DNA of 64,000 nt from Methanoregula sp. (GCA_003154335.1 PMDE01000064.1:14242-78241); one strand, 5' to 3'; shown: positions 18,619-33,839, numbered from the stretch's first letter. The notes: generated by a model not told the origin, from the sequence alone. A program made the numbers and translations.

Positions 18619-19079
18619 AGCAAGGGAAATATTTTTTTTAGACATTCCGTCGAGTAAATGGCTATTTTTATTCAACGGGAATTAGTAAGTCCGATAAAAA
18701 GAAAGAACGCACAAAAAAATAGTTTGGATTGCTTTGGAACCTTCCGGATAACGACGGCTGAAAGGAAATCCATTTTATGAGCAGGTTCAGCAGAGTCGAT
18801 AAATTTTCTTATAAGGCCTTGAGAGTTGTTCCAAGCGCATCGAAACTGACGATAGATCCTAGCTCTTTGGTTAAAAATGGGAAATTTGTCACATTTTCCT
18901 TCCCTGCTTTTGCTTCAGTTCGACAGGTACTCGCATTAGAAAATGCAACTCGCTATGGGAAAACCCAGCATCTTTAGCACCGGATTTTCAATTTACATTA
19001 ATCATTGTATCATCGCAATACGATCCTTCATCCACAAACAAGTTATACCGAAGGATTGCACACTCTTCACGGTAATATC

Positions 19080-20339
19080 ATGCACAGACGATTCCGGATC
19101 AATCTGCTAATTGCAGGATTTCTTCTCATGATCTGTATTGTGAGCAGCGCTACGGCAGGCAGCCTTGTAACCAGCTGGCGAGAACATCCACCGGGAGATA
19201 CGACATTTTCTGGTGTAATGATATCAACAGACGGTTCAATGGTTTTTGCCGGGGGCAATCAGTTATTAGTCCGATCATGGGATGGAGACACCCGCTGGGG
19301 GGGCTTGTCGGGAAATGTAGCTACGATGAGCACAAATGGTAATTATTTCGTCTCATCGATCTACGATAACGTACGGAAGATAAACAGGACCGGCACTGAA
19401 ATATGGAACAGGATGACCGGAAGCCCATTCCGTGCAGTCGCCGTTTCTGAGGATGGTTCCCTGGTGATTGCTGCAGATGACAGAGGATACACCCGGTCCT
19501 GGACAACTGATGGCACAAACCTCGGGGTTCACAACGATACCGATCAGGTGAAACGAATTGAAATTTCTCCCTCACAATCCTTTGTGGTTGTTTCTTCTGA
19601 AGATAAGTTTAAGGTTTTTTCGCCGTCAATGAACCTCATCTGGGAAAATGATACGTTCGGAAACCTTGATTCGTTCTTCGCGTTCTCAGCTGACAGTTCT
19701 ACCCTGATCCTATCAGGAGAAAACCGCGTATTATCCTATACAAATACCGGTTCGCTGAACTGGGAAAAGGAAATTACGAATGATGCTATTATAGACATGG
19801 CCTATTCTGCCGACGGATCTACCATCGTACTGGGGAGCCAGGATGGAAATGTGTGGGTTCTCAATAAAGATGGACTGGTACAATGGAAATATCCTGTTGG
19901 TTCGTGGGTCAATGGCGTCGGGGTTTCCCGCGACGGCTCTGTTATTGCAGCGACAGCCCTTGACGGAACTATCTATGCACTTGATAAAGATGGACATTTG
20001 CTGGGAAAAACAAAAACGGATTCTTTCATCCAGCAGCGGTCGGTCGCAATCAGCGGAGATGGAAAGCGGATTGTTGTAGTGGACCAACTTGCGCTTTATG
20101 GCATTGATCTTGTAGGAATTCCGGAAGTGACAACTTCGGAAACACCCGTCCAGACACTCCAGTATACCACAAGTACTTCAACATCGGTCCCTTTCACCAC
20201 AACCGTGCAAAAAACAGTTCGGTCAACGACGGCTACAACCATTCCAGGGACGACCGGTACTCAAAAATCGGCGCTCACCCCTGCTATTACAATCGCTGCA
20301 TTAGCGGCCCTGTATATCGTCATCAGACGTAAAATCTGA
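19080..20339 (+). CDS. Secreted WD40/PQQ-like beta-propeller surface protein with Thr-rich linker and C-terminal membrane anchor
   Basis: Signal peptide; repeated VAVS.DGS / W blades; Thr-rich tail, TM helix, IRRKI. Confidence 0.85.
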   Translation: MHRRFRINLLIAGFLLMICIVSSATAGSLVTSWREHPPGDTTFSGVMISTDGSMVFAGGNQLLVRSWDGDTRWGGLSGNVATMSTNGNYFVSSIYDNVRKINRTGTEIWNRMTGSPFRAVAVSEDGSLVIAADDRGYTRSWTTDGTNLGVHNDTDQVKRIEISPSQSFVVVSSEDKFKVFSPSMNLIWENDTFGNLDSFFAFSADSSTLILSGENRVLSYTNTGSLNWEKEITNDAIIDMAYSADGSTIVLGSQDGNVWVLNKDGLVQWKYPVGSWVNGVGVSRDGSVIAATALDGTIYALDKDGHLLGKTKTDSFIQQRSVAISGDGKRIVVVDQLALYGIDLVGIPEVTTSETPVQTLQYTTSTSTSVPFTTTVQKTVRSTTATTIPGTTGTQKSALTPAITIAALAALYIVIRRKI

Positions 20340-20433
20340 TCCTGGTTTATCCTCTCCGGAGAAGAAACAAAGGTAAATACTTTTTTTGAAAAATCAATAC
20401 TGATACCTCGCCAAGAAAAGCTTACCTTTTGTG

Positions 20434-20760
20434 TCAGGCTTTTTGCTCATCACCGACGCTTTTTGCCCGCTTGACTCTTTCTTTAGTGGAAAAACCAGTA
20501 AGAGCATCAAGATATTTACGGAATCGCTTATTTGTATCAATGATAACGTCATCAGCTGCGGTCAGATCAGATTCGGTATCGATAATAATGGATTTTCCAT
20601 CCTTCCCGACTACCACATCGAGCCGTTTGAGGGCTCCATGCTTTATCTGGTATCCTTTTCCGACTTTCTCCGGCTCAACCCCAAAACAGTTCTTCAGCTC
20701 AGTTACGATTCTCGTATCAAGGTCTTTTGTCAACCCTCGTTTTATGGGATATTCTTGCAT
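20434..20760 (-). CDS. Conserved archaeal protein (DUF5611-like)
   Basis: MQEYPIKRG...FRKYLDALTGFSTKERVK pattern. Confidence 0.7.
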   Translation of the reverse strand: MQEYPIKRGLTKDLDTRIVTELKNCFGVEPEKVGKGYQIKHGALKRLDVVVGKDGKSIIIDTESDLTAADDVIIDTNKRFRKYLDALTGFSTKERVKRAKSVGDEQKA

Positions 20761-20794
20761 AATACTTTTTTAGTAGTGGGTGTATGTTAATCTA

Positions 20795-21592
20795 ATGACC
20801 GCTGAATCCCCTGAGTCATATACTGATATGGTTTCACGTCTCGATACAATCCATAACGACCTTGTCGAGATAAAGCCTAAAAAAGACATCAATGTCATCT
20901 CAAAACCGCTTCCTATGAATGGTGCTTCAATGCTGATCGGATTTCCGGGAAGTGGGCTCGTCGGTACGATTGCACTTCAGTACATGGTCGATCAGCTCGA
21001 GTTTGAGCAGATCGGCACCATGACTTCGAAGTTTTTCCCCCCATTGGCGATGATGAACAAAGGCGTTATCAATGACCCGGTTAGAATTTATATAAAAAAT
21101 AATATCGCCGCTATCGTTGCTGATATTCCGATCCATCCCATGATTTGTTATGAGACCTCACGTGACATTATCGACTGGCTCGCACAGTTCAGACCAAAAG
21201 AGGTTGTCACAATCGCAGGTATCATCACCAACGAACCCGAGAAAAGGGTATTTGGTGTGGCTACAACCGGAGAAGCACTCAAGCGTCTGGAGGATTTCAC
21301 TCTCCTCTTACCGATCGGGAGTATATCAGGAATCGCATCCAGCCTCCTGACGGAATGTAAAGCACGTGGCATCCCCGGGTACGGGCTCCTCGGGGAGACC
21401 GTGAATGCTCCTGATCCCCGTTCATCAGCGGCAACCATCGAGGTCCTTAACAAGATGTATAATCTTGGACTGGATGTCAAACCACTGATTGAACAAGCGG
21501 TTGAGATCGAACAGAGCATGCAAAAAATCTCTGATGAAGTGCAACAATCAGCTGAACAATCTCCGAAAAAAGATCTTCCCATGTATGGGTGA
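20795..21592 (+). CDS. Proteasome assembly chaperone (PAC2 family)
   Basis: GFPGSGLVGTIA, FPP, PVRIY, PDPRSSA, L.EQA.EIE, C-terminal MYG (HbYX-type). Start uncertain. Confidence 0.88.
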   Translation: MTAESPESYTDMVSRLDTIHNDLVEIKPKKDINVISKPLPMNGASMLIGFPGSGLVGTIALQYMVDQLEFEQIGTMTSKFFPPLAMMNKGVINDPVRIYIKNNIAAIVADIPIHPMICYETSRDIIDWLAQFRPKEVVTIAGIITNEPEKRVFGVATTGEALKRLEDFTLLLPIGSISGIASSLLTECKARGIPGYGLLGETVNAPDPRSSAATIEVLNKMYNLGLDVKPLIEQAVEIEQSMQKISDEVQQSAEQSPKKDLPMYG

Positions 21593-21598
21593 GGGATC

Positions 21599-21997
21599 AT
21601 GAAATGCGCAGCATTAACCGGAATTTCCCCTGAGGTAATTAAGGATCTCAAAGCCGGAAAGACCCGCACGATCGAGCTGCAGAGTACGCATAATATTGTG
21701 AGCCTTGACGGGGTGAAACCCGGTCCTGATTCCCATATCTTCATAACTTCGGTGGATATCGAGGATCTTGACCCGGGTGATCATGGTATCTGTGTCGTTG
21801 TGCTCGCTATTTCGCTATCCATGAAACGGATGGTGGAATTCTCGCATGGCCTTTATTACGAGGAGCGGGAGCGTATGTCTGCCCGCATTCAGGTAAAGTA
21901 TTGTGCATCATCAATCGTCAGGCAGGTCTATCGCGAGGGACCATTCGGGCCGACAATGGTCGAAGTGCTCAAATCATCCTGTTATCATGCAGGTTGA
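21599..21997 (+). CDS. DUF473-like archaeal protein
   Basis: ALTGIS..VI.DL...RTIELQS.HN..EERE..SARI pattern. Confidence 0.75.
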   Translation: MKCAALTGISPEVIKDLKAGKTRTIELQSTHNIVSLDGVKPGPDSHIFITSVDIEDLDPGDHGICVVVLAISLSMKRMVEFSHGLYYEERERMSARIQVKYCASSIVRQVYREGPFGPTMVEVLKSSCYHAG

Positions 21998-22210
21998 GGG
22001 GACATCAGATTACATAGTTTTTTAATTCTGATTATATCCATAACAAAGGAATTCTATCCATTCTTTCACGCTTTGATGAAAGCGAGTGGCGTTGAACATT
22101 AACGGTTTCATTATCAACGAAGCAAGGTATGGTAGAAAAATTACCTGCCTATCCTGAGAATATTTTTTTTAATAAGATTTTTATTCAAAGCAATTTCGAA
22201 AATCGACATT

Positions 22211-22915
22211 TTATCTTTTTCTAATCACCAAATAAGCCAGTACGGTCGCACCGGGTATCACAATTATTTCGACTGGTGTAGTTGTTGTTGCAGGAACTGG
22301 CCACGAGGTTGGAACTATAGCCGTGGACTTTTTGGTAGTGAGTGTTTTGAGCACGGTTGTTGTGGGAACCGTTGTCAGAAAAGTGGTTTTTGGTTCTTCA
22401 GCAGTTAGTGCTGCATATACATCAGTCAATATACCTGTTGAAACTGATATACGGTTTGACCAATCCTGGTAACCCGTTTTTTGTACTACAATCCGGTAAT
22501 ATCCGTGGGAAATATTATAGAGGGTTATGGGTGTCTTTCCCTGGTACTCAGTATTTAAAAAAACGGATGCTTCTGAGGGATTAGACTCAATGGAAATACT
22601 GCCATTGGTGATTGCGGGAGTTATTGTGGGTGTTATTGGTATCAGAACGGCGCTGGCCGTACTGGTTGTATTGTCAAAGACTGTTACACTTTTGGAGTAG
22701 TCCTGGTGTCCTGTAAGTCGCAATGAAATAACATGGGACCCACTTGTTACACTTTCAATTATTATGGGGGTTGTTGTTCCTGTGCTGGTGCCATCCAATA
22801 AGACCAAAGCACCTGAAGGAGTGGAACTCACCGAAATATTGCCCACTGCTGATACGACAGCCGGGTAAATCAACACAACAGATAGAAGATATACAAGAAA
22901 AACTATTTTTTTCAT
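22211..22915 (-). CDS. PEGA-domain surface protein with Thr-rich linker and C-terminal anchor
   Basis: Signal peptide; two PEGA repeats (GNISVSSTPSGA.V.LDG; GSISIESNPSEA.V...GKTP...GY); TM helix + IRKR. Confidence 0.88.
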   Translation of the reverse strand: MKKIVFLVYLLSVVLIYPAVVSAVGNISVSSTPSGALVLLDGTSTGTTTPIIIESVTSGSHVISLRLTGHQDYSKSVTVFDNTTSTASAVLIPITPTITPAITNGSISIESNPSEASVFLNTEYQGKTPITLYNISHGYYRIVVQKTGYQDWSNRISVSTGILTDVYAALTAEEPKTTFLTTVPTTTVLKTLTTKKSTAIVPTSWPVPATTTTPVEIIVIPGATVLAYLVIRKR

Positions 22916-23063
22916 AATGGTAATTCCCCTGTTTATCCGGATTTGAAGGAACTTGCTATTGGCACCAGATATATTTTGTCCACATAACTGTTTTGATTCT
23001 AAGTTGAATCCAAGTCCTTACACAGATTAATTATCACGGAACGCCAAGATTATTGGCATCAAT

Positions 23064-23138
23064 GGGCTTGTGGCTTAGCTTGGACATAGCGCCGGGCTTC
23101 TAACCCGGACGTCGGGGGTTCAAATCCCCCCAGGCCCG
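23064..23138 (+). tRNA. tRNA-Arg(TCT)
   Basis: Acceptor GGGCTTG/CAGGCCC; anticodon arm CCGGG-CTTCTAA-CCCGG; T arm GGGGG-TTCAAAT-CCCCC; no intron. Confidence 0.96.
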
Positions 23139-23292
23139 TTCTTGTTTTATTATTTCTAATCGCGATCTGGACCAGGATCCACGTTTATCCAGATAGTACC
23201 CCATTCGGAAATGGGCACCCAATCATCGTTTAGTTGCTTTTTCACCATTCACAGAAAACAATGGCAAAAACTATTATTTGATGAAGTTATCC

Positions 23293-24291
23293 CTATTTTT
23301 TAGAATCTGCGAATTCCCGGCAGGCAAGCAAAGCAAGGAACGGCATAAGCAGGATCCAGTAATGGAGATACTGACGTATAAGGAGGGTCGATAAAAGGAC
23401 CATTACCATTATCCCCAGAGCTTTTTCCTTTTCGAAGCGGAGTCCTTTGTTTACAACACTCGCAGCCGCAAACAGAAGTGTTGGAATGACCATTGCAACA
23501 CTGAAGAGAATATTTGCCGCATAAGCAATCGGGGATTTTGGAACATACGTCGAAAATGTAGTCACATTACCTGAATTGTAGACAGGGGCTATAATGAACG
23601 TGTAGTATACTGCACTATCTCCTGTTAAAGAACCATAGACCCAATAGAGTGTCGCAAACATGCCAACTACAATAAGACTTACCGGAACCAGAAGACGGTG
23701 ATAACGTCGTTCATTACTTGCCCACATCAGGTACAACAGAGGAATGATTGCAAGAATTGCGTACTGCTTAAACCCACAGGCAACACCGAGAACCAGACCA
23801 GCAAAGACAAACTGCTCTTTCCTCGCAAAGATCAGGGAGATCAGAAGGAATAACACGGTGAACTGTTCGGAAAAAAGGAAATAGCCCTCGGTAAAAATGG
23901 ACGAAACGAGGTAAAGAAGGCCGGCGGTATATCCGGAAAAGGAGCCGTAATCTTCCCATCCGATCTTCCAGATAAGGACTGCACAGATAATGTTGAGAAT
24001 CGTCATGAGTGGGATGTCAATCGATCCTGCTGGAGAGATAATATCCATCAGGGCTACCGTAAAGAAAAGGAGGGGGGGTTTTGGATCAATATAGCTGACA
24101 TAAGGTTCAGAACCATTAATGATCATCTTTGCCATCTGGTGGAAGCGGTCAGCGTCTACTGAGGTCCACGCGCTGGAGTGTACCTGAAGTGATAACATAA
24201 TAACGGCAATGACAACCGCAAGGGATATGTAAGCAATCAGCCCAAGAAAAATTTTCCCAGAGGTGCTTTTGAAGATATTATTCAGAACCAT
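23293..24291 (-). CDS. GT-C fold membrane glycosyltransferase (ArnT/PMT GT39/GT83-like)
   Basis: Polytopic; acidic loop VDAD, PYVSYIDPKPPL, SEQF, ACGFKQ, HYW motifs. Confidence 0.75.
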   Translation of the reverse strand: MVLNNIFKSTSGKIFLGLIAYISLAVVIAVIMLSLQVHSSAWTSVDADRFHQMAKMIINGSEPYVSYIDPKPPLLFFTVALMDIISPAGSIDIPLMTILNIICAVLIWKIGWEDYGSFSGYTAGLLYLVSSIFTEGYFLFSEQFTVLFLLISLIFARKEQFVFAGLVLGVACGFKQYAILAIIPLLYLMWASNERRYHRLLVPVSLIVVGMFATLYWVYGSLTGDSAVYYTFIIAPVYNSGNVTTFSTYVPKSPIAYAANILFSVAMVIPTLLFAAASVVNKGLRFEKEKALGIMVMVLLSTLLIRQYLHYWILLMPFLALLACREFADSKK

Positions 24292-24577
24292 TGACTACCA
24301 CCCTTAAAAAAATTGTCAGGCACTCAAAAAGCCCGTAATTATCGAAGTTATGATCATTCACTTTTGCGAGAGTTTCCGCAAAAAATACTTGAAAGTGCCA
24401 TTTCAGGCAAATTATTCATAAATTATTCAGGAAATATGCAGAAGAGAAGTATTAAATCTTACGAAGTAACGCCAATTCATGAACTCTGACTATACAAGAG
24501 TAGTGGTCGACGCATGGGATTAAAGATATTTATTTAAAATTGGCGAATATGGCGTTGATTAGAAAAAACAATGAAAA

Positions 24578-25054
24578 TTATTCCTGCACGGGCTGATCCG
24601 CCATCTGACCGTCAATCGGTTTCTGGAGAATCTGGACGTCCGCGATGTTGTGTTGACGCTGTGAAAGTTTTTTTGCTTTGAAAATATTCTTCCCGTCTTT
24701 CCCGATAGCAATCCCACGGTCTTCGTCCCTTACTTCAACCTGAACTGTCTGTTCATCTGGCTCTCCTTCGAAAAGGATTGATGTCACCTGTGCAGGCAAA
24801 AAACAGTTTCTGATAAACTGTTCAGGATTACTGTTGTATTCCACGACCTCAATCTTCTTACCCATTACTTCTGATGCTTTTTTGATCGAGGCACCCTTCT
24901 TTCCGATTGCTAATCCCATATCCCCGGGATTTATCACAAAAATAAGGCGTGCGTTGCGTTCATCGACAATACAGTCACGACTTCCAGCCCCTGTAAGGCT
25001 TTCGAACTGGGAAATCAGGCGCATACAGTCTTCAGTCAGTTTGACTTCAACCAT
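24578..25054 (-). CDS. nusA: Archaeal NusA-like transcription factor
   Basis: Two KH loops (AIGKKGASI, AIGKDGKNI); follows rpl30e; start at MVEVKL. Confidence 0.95.
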   Translation of the reverse strand: MVEVKLTEDCMRLISQFESLTGAGSRDCIVDERNARLIFVINPGDMGLAIGKKGASIKKASEVMGKKIEVVEYNSNPEQFIRNCFLPAQVTSILFEGEPDEQTVQVEVRDEDRGIAIGKDGKNIFKAKKLSQRQHNIADVQILQKPIDGQMADQPVQE

Positions 25055-25055
25055 A

Positions 25056-25346
25056 TCATGCCCTCTTAAGAGAGAGAATGTCTGACTCGCCGGGGGTAAC
25101 GATAGCAAGCGTGCTCACCATGAAGGGTTTACCGCAGGCTTTCCCGAGGGCAACGCTCGAACCCTCAAATGTGTGGATGAAAAGATTTTCATAGCCAGAA
25201 AGTTTGGATTTGAATGTCGCCGGACAATTTCCCGCGACGACAACCATCTGTGCTTTGCCCTCTTTGATGCATTTTTCCGTGTTGTTCTGGCCAAGAATTA
25301 CATTTCCGGTCTTGATTGCTCTTCTGAGTGAAGCATTAAAATCCAT
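25056..25346 (-). CDS. rpl30e: 50S ribosomal protein L30e
   Basis: AIKTG.V.LG..., LGKACGKPF.VS.L.I..PGESDIL. Confidence 0.96.
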   Translation of the reverse strand: MDFNASLRRAIKTGNVILGQNNTEKCIKEGKAQMVVVAGNCPATFKSKLSGYENLFIHTFEGSSVALGKACGKPFMVSTLAIVTPGESDILSLKRA

Positions 25347-25380
25347 GTACAATTCCTCTGGTTTTTAAGATTTTTTCATG

Positions 25381-29195
<3,815 letters not shown>

Positions 29196-29206
29196 GGTGC
29201 ACCTCT

Positions 29207-31024
29207 TCAGACCACGTCTTGCAGTCTCAACCTTGGGGCAATCCCCATACTTTTCATCTCATCCAGCAGGAGTTTAAACGCATAACTCATCTCGACAGAA
29301 TATATGTCGGTCTCATTACCACATGCAAGGCAGCGGGTCATATTTCGTTTGCGATCCAGCATCGCAACCATACCGCAGTGTGCACAGACATACTCCTGAA
29401 CCTTATCAGATTCATCGAGTAATCGTTCTTTGAGTGCCATTGCTGCCCCATGACCTATCATAACGTCTCGTTCCATTTCACCAAACCGGAGGCCTCCCTC
29501 CCGAGCCCTTCCTTCAGTCGGCTGTCGAGTGAGTACCTGCACAGGTCCGCGTGACCGGGCATGCATCTTTGATGATACCATGTGGTAGAGTTTTTGATAA
29601 TAGATTACACCAACATACACGTCGGCCTTGAATTGTTTGCCGGTGAGACCATCGTACATAATTTCGCGTCCATTATGAGAGAATCCCAGCTTCTTGAGCG
29701 AGGACCTGATATCGGCTTCACTTTCTCCACGGAATGCAGTTCCGTTAATACGCCTGCCTTCGAGAGCTCCGACTTTTCCTCCGATCATTTCAAGCATATG
29801 CCCAACGGTCATACGGCTTGGGATCGCATGGGGATTGATGACAAGATCTGGACACAATCCGTTTTCAGTAAAGGGCATATCTTCCTGGTGGGTAATTAAC
29901 CCAACAACACCTTTCTGACCATGGCGGGACGCAAACTTGTCACCGACTTCAGGAATGCGGAGATCACGGGTTCTGACCTTCACGAGCCGGGAGCTGTTCT
30001 CCCCCTCAGTGATAATCACGGTATCGACAATACCATGCTCGTTGCTACGCATAGTGACTGAAGTATCCCGACGTTTCTCAACAGCTATAAGCTCTCCTGA
30101 AGGCTCTTCGAGGAAACGGGGAGGAGATGTCTTTCCGATCAGAACATCCTTTTCCGCAACAACCGTTTCTGGATTAATCACACCATCTTCGTCAAGGTTC
30201 TTATATGAGTCAGCACCGTGAGCTCCTGCAACATCCTCTTCGGGAACTTCAATCCTGTCTATCTGCCCTCCAGGGTAACGGCGTTCTTCACCCTCATATG
30301 TCCGGAAGAAATGGGAACGACCCAACCCTCGCTCAATCGATGCCTTGTTGAAGATCAGGGCATCTTCAATATTGTAACCCTCATAGGAAAGAATAGCCAC
30401 AACAAAGTTTTGGCCTGCCGGACGGTCATCGGAACCGATTAATTCGGAGGTCTGGGTGTGGGTAAGAGGTTTTTGCACATAATGGAGGAGATGACCACGG
30501 GTGTCTGGGCGCAATTTCATATTGGCCGCACCAAAACCCAGAGCTTGTTTAACCATGCCTGCACCCATTGTTACACGCGGGCTGGCATTATGTTCGGGGA
30601 ATGGGACATGCGCCGCACCAATACCAAGTATAAGGGAGGGATCGATCTCAAGGTGAGTATGATTCGGGGTAATATTCTCCGGGTTCATTGCGATAAGAAG
30701 ATCCTCCTCCTCTTCTGCGTCAATAAACTCAATAAATCCACGCTGGACAAAAGAATTGACGTCTACTTCCTTTTTTGCCAGTTTTGCAAGATCCTCATGA
30801 GTAATAAGGGGATCACCATTTTTCAGTACGATCAGCGGTCGTCGTGCCCGGCCACGATCGGTGAGAATCACGACATCTCCGTTGTATTCCTTATGTGAAA
30901 CATTCAGTTCCGAGGAGATTGCACCCTGACGCCGCATGCTCCGGATATTGGCCACGAGCGCTTTTGCATCATCGTCAAGCCCAATAAGGGCTCCATCAAC
31001 AAACACGCGAGATTTTTTTATCAT
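29207..31024 (-). CDS. rpoB1: RNA polymerase subunit B'
   Basis: [41 protein letters not shown]-terminal Zn ribbon. Confidence 0.98.
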   Translation of the reverse strand: MIKKSRVFVDGALIGLDDDAKALVANIRSMRRQGAISSELNVSHKEYNGDVVILTDRGRARRPLIVLKNGDPLITHEDLAKLAKKEVDVNSFVQRGFIEFIDAEEEEDLLIAMNPENITPNHTHLEIDPSLILGIGAAHVPFPEHNASPRVTMGAGMVKQALGFGAANMKLRPDTRGHLLHYVQKPLTHTQTSELIGSDDRPAGQNFVVAILSYEGYNIEDALIFNKASIERGLGRSHFFRTYEGEERRYPGGQIDRIEVPEEDVAGAHGADSYKNLDEDGVINPETVVAEKDVLIGKTSPPRFLEEPSGELIAVEKRRDTSVTMRSNEHGIVDTVIITEGENSSRLVKVRTRDLRIPEVGDKFASRHGQKGVVGLITHQEDMPFTENGLCPDLVINPHAIPSRMTVGHMLEMIGGKVGALEGRRINGTAFRGESEADIRSSLKKLGFSHNGREIMYDGLTGKQFKADVYVGVIYYQKLYHMVSSKMHARSRGPVQVLTRQPTEGRAREGGLRFGEMERDVMIGHGAAMALKERLLDESDKVQEYVCAHCGMVAMLDRKRNMTRCLACGNETDIYSVEMSYAFKLLLDEMKSMGIAPRLRLQDVV

Positions 31025-32586
31025 GTTTCACCCCGGATATGCTCCACACCAAGACTATGCAGAAGCCGCATAACTTCCGCTTCATCATCAACGCCTTTGG
31101 ATATTTCAACCATCTGTGCAAAATTTTTCACCAGACCACAATTCGGCCCTTCAGGAGTCTCGCTCGGGCAGATCCGTCCCCACTGGGTCGGGTGAAGATC
31201 GCGAGCTTCGAAATGAGGCTGAGAACGTGAAAGTGGTGAGATCACGCGACGCAGATGTGAGAGAACAGCCATATGGTCGACACGGTCAAGAAGCTGGGAA
31301 ACACCAGTTCTCCCGCCAACCCAGTTACCTGTTGCGAGCGGGTGTAAGAGACGTTCAGTAAGTACATCAGCTCGTACGGCTGTTGCAATCGAAAGATCAC
31401 GGTGTCGCATACTTGCCCTTTCAAGCTGGTATTTGATATCTCTTGTAAGACGGTTGAGAGAAATCCGGAAGAGATCCTCCATCAGATCACCGGCAAGTTT
31501 CAGTCGCTTGTTGGAATAGTGGTCCTTATCATCAATCCGTCGTTTGTTCAACACAAGATCGAAACATGCTTCTGCCATTCGTCCCAGAAAATGACCCTTT
31601 GCAAGTCGCACGGATAGCACTGCTTCCTGATAACCATCTTCGCCTTCCTTTAAGTTTGCAGGCATTGAATAGTTGAGATGTGGTAGGAGATAATTGTCCA
31701 GAACGAACTCAGCTCTTTTGCGCTGGTAATCTTTTGTCTGGTTGGGAGCGAGCTTCTTACCAACATACATGATACCCCCTTCAACAGAATCACATTCACT
31801 CTCTTCCAGGTTCTGCATCATGAACGTAAGGATGTCTTCATCCGGAGAAACGGCGTTCACAACTTCCTGATCGTTAGTCATCCCGAGTGCCCGCATCAGG
31901 TCAACAAATTTCAGATGTCCGGCAACGGATGGAAATGATACTTCAAGCAGGTTCTTCTTATTCCGCTCGACAACAACAAGTGCCCGATAACCACGGAACT
32001 GGGAGAAAACTTTTGCAACATAAATACGTTCACTATACCGCTCCGTGAATTCGGTCATGATTTTGTTCGACGCAAGGTCTTCAAGCGTCATGAGCACACG
32101 TTCGGTACCATTTACAATAAAATATCCGCCCGGATCAAATGCATCCTCCCCGTGCGAAACACGCTGTAAATCGTCCATACCATACAAGTTACAGGCTAGT
32201 GATCCCACCATGATTGGTAACTGACCGATTGTTGTGATTATCGGTTCCTGGCGTTCATTACCATGAACGAGAGTAAGCCCGAGTTGTATCGGCGCTGCAT
32301 AGGTAAGATTGCGCAATCGTGCCTCACAAGGATATAACTCTCCCTGAGAACCATCTGCTTCCCTGACAAGCGGCCGTTTCACTGAAATTGTTCCCAGTTC
32401 CACCCAAACCGGATCATTGTTCTTTCCCCGGTTCTCGATATCAGTCTCGATAACCCGCTGCTCGTTGACCACTTTCTGAAGATTGTGCTTTAAAAAATAA
32501 TTAAAGGAATCAAGCTGGTGTCGCGCAACATGCTCCCGTGAAAAATACGCCTTCGATAAAATACTTCTGTCAATCAGACTGACCAC
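31021..32586 (-). CDS. rpoB2: RNA polymerase subunit B''
   Basis: [44 protein letters not shown]. Confidence 0.98.
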   Translation of the reverse strand: MVSLIDRSILSKAYFSREHVARHQLDSFNYFLKHNLQKVVNEQRVIETDIENRGKNNDPVWVELGTISVKRPLVREADGSQGELYPCEARLRNLTYAAPIQLGLTLVHGNERQEPIITTIGQLPIMVGSLACNLYGMDDLQRVSHGEDAFDPGGYFIVNGTERVLMTLEDLASNKIMTEFTERYSERIYVAKVFSQFRGYRALVVVERNKKNLLEVSFPSVAGHLKFVDLMRALGMTNDQEVVNAVSPDEDILTFMMQNLEESECDSVEGGIMYVGKKLAPNQTKDYQRKRAEFVLDNYLLPHLNYSMPANLKEGEDGYQEAVLSVRLAKGHFLGRMAEACFDLVLNKRRIDDKDHYSNKRLKLAGDLMEDLFRISLNRLTRDIKYQLERASMRHRDLSIATAVRADVLTERLLHPLATGNWVGGRTGVSQLLDRVDHMAVLSHLRRVISPLSRSQPHFEARDLHPTQWGRICPSETPEGPNCGLVKNFAQMVEISKGVDDEAEVMRLLHSLGVEHIRGET

Positions 32587-32594
32587 CCCAAAAA

Positions 32595-32846
32595 TTATTT
32601 CTTCGGTCTCTTGACTACGAGACGATATGCTTCCGCTCTGCCCGCCGTATGACTCAACCGAACAATTCGGATAACATCATCGACATTTGCGCCAATCGTT
32701 TTGACTGCTGGATCGTCATGGAAAATTTTAGGTAATTGTTCCGTAGTAATGTTATAGTGGGAGAGAAGCGCAGATACCTCCTCCTCACTCATGATTTTAT
32801 GATCTGGCACCATCACGTGCATCAATACATTCAGTTTGGTGCTCAA
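32595..32846 (-). CDS. rpoH: RNA polymerase subunit H
   Basis: H.MVP.H, QLPKI...DP, S.TAG....YR.V; TTG start. Confidence 0.96.
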   Translation of the reverse strand: MSTKLNVLMHVMVPDHKIMSEEEVSALLSHYNITTEQLPKIFHDDPAVKTIGANVDDVIRIVRLSHTAGRAEAYRLVVKRPKK

Positions 32847-32896
32847 TGAAAAACCCCCTCACAGACAAATAAATCTCCTCTCAGATACATCACCGC

Positions 32897-32919
32897 AAAA
32901 AACCCACGAGATTTCGTGG
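32897..32919 (-). terminator. Hairpin plus T-tract after tRNA-Lys
   Basis: Minus strand reads CCACGA-AATC-TCGTGG-G-TTTTTT. Confidence 0.55.
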
Positions 32920-32922
32920 TAG

Positions 32923-32996
32923 CGGGCCCGGAGGGATTTGAACCCCCGACCACCTGGTTAAAAGCCAGGCGCTCTACCTAACTGAGCTACGAACCC
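32923..32996 (-). tRNA. tRNA-Lys(TTT)
   Basis: Reverse complement GGGTTCG...CGGGCCC-G; anticodon arm CCTGG-CTTTTAA-CCAGG; GGTTCAAATCC T arm; TTTAAATA box about 45 bp upstream. Confidence 0.96.
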
Positions 32997-33209
32997 AAGA
33001 TAGTCTAAGATGTACAGCATTATAACAATGCCAAAAAACTATTTAAAGATTCTCCACGAATCAATTCTTTTATTCTAACGATTTCAATACCTTGTGAAAT
33101 TGAGTATATCATAACTATCGATAAATAGACTTGAAATTTGATTTACGCTCTATAGTAAGAAATTACGAAATGCTCAGGTTTTGAATTCATGAAAAAATGA
33201 TATCGACCG

Positions 33210-33839
33210 TTACTCGGAAGCTCCCGAAAGTTGGCCTTTTATCTGCTGGAGGCGATTCTCCTGCATCTTTATATTCATCTCCATATTTTTAATTGCATTT
33301 GAAATTTCTTCACTGACCCTTACTTTTGAATCATCGAAATTATAGGTAGTTTCGAGAATTTTCATAAGGCGTTTGTTCACATCGATGGTCTTACTTAACC
33401 GGGCATATTCTGTGATAATTTCTGCATCAAAACCGGATTGTTTGGCCATGTCCATATCAGATCTTATTGCCTGTCGCCTCTTGAGGACATGCTCAATTGC
33501 ATCGTACAATTCGCGATGGGTAATTGGTTTTAAAACATAATCCTCGATAAAAATCCCATATTCCTGTGCCTCTGCCGGAGACAGCTGTTTTGCGGTCAGC
33601 ATAAGCACGGGAATATCCTTTGTCTGGGGATTTTCCTTGATCTGTTCCAGGGTTTCCCAACCGTCAACAGGCTCCATCATAATATCCAGCAGGATCAAAT
33701 CAGGGGTTACTGTCTTTAAAATTTCAAGACATTCCGTTCCGCCATATGCTGCTACAGTACGATAACCGCCTCTTTCAAGCATAGTGACAAACACGTCAAC
33801 GATAAACGGACTATCATCAACAACAAGGATAGTATACAT
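33210..33839 (-). CDS. Response regulator (REC domain plus C-terminal coiled-coil)
   Basis: ILVVDD, PDLILLDIMM..VDGW, PVLMLTA, DYVLKP. Confidence 0.92.
   Translation of the reverse strand: MYTILVVDDSPFIVDVFVTMLERGGYRTVAAYGGTECLEILKTVTPDLILLDIMMEPVDGWETLEQIKENPQTKDIPVLMLTAKQLSPAEAQEYGIFIEDYVLKPITHRELYDAIEHVLKRRQAIRSDMDMAKQSGFDAEIITEYARLSKTIDVNKRLMKILETTYNFDDSKVRVSEEISNAIKNMEMNIKMQENRLQQIKGQLSGASE

Noticed and set aside
17898-18623. Long antisense ORFs (e.g. 241 aa opposite leuS, 216 aa opposite rpoA2, 198 aa opposite PAC2)
   Set aside because: Shadow frames of conserved genes.
18777-18977. 66-aa ORF after leuS and 96-aa ORF at 62629-62919
   Set aside because: No RBS or motif support; AT-rich intergenic composition.
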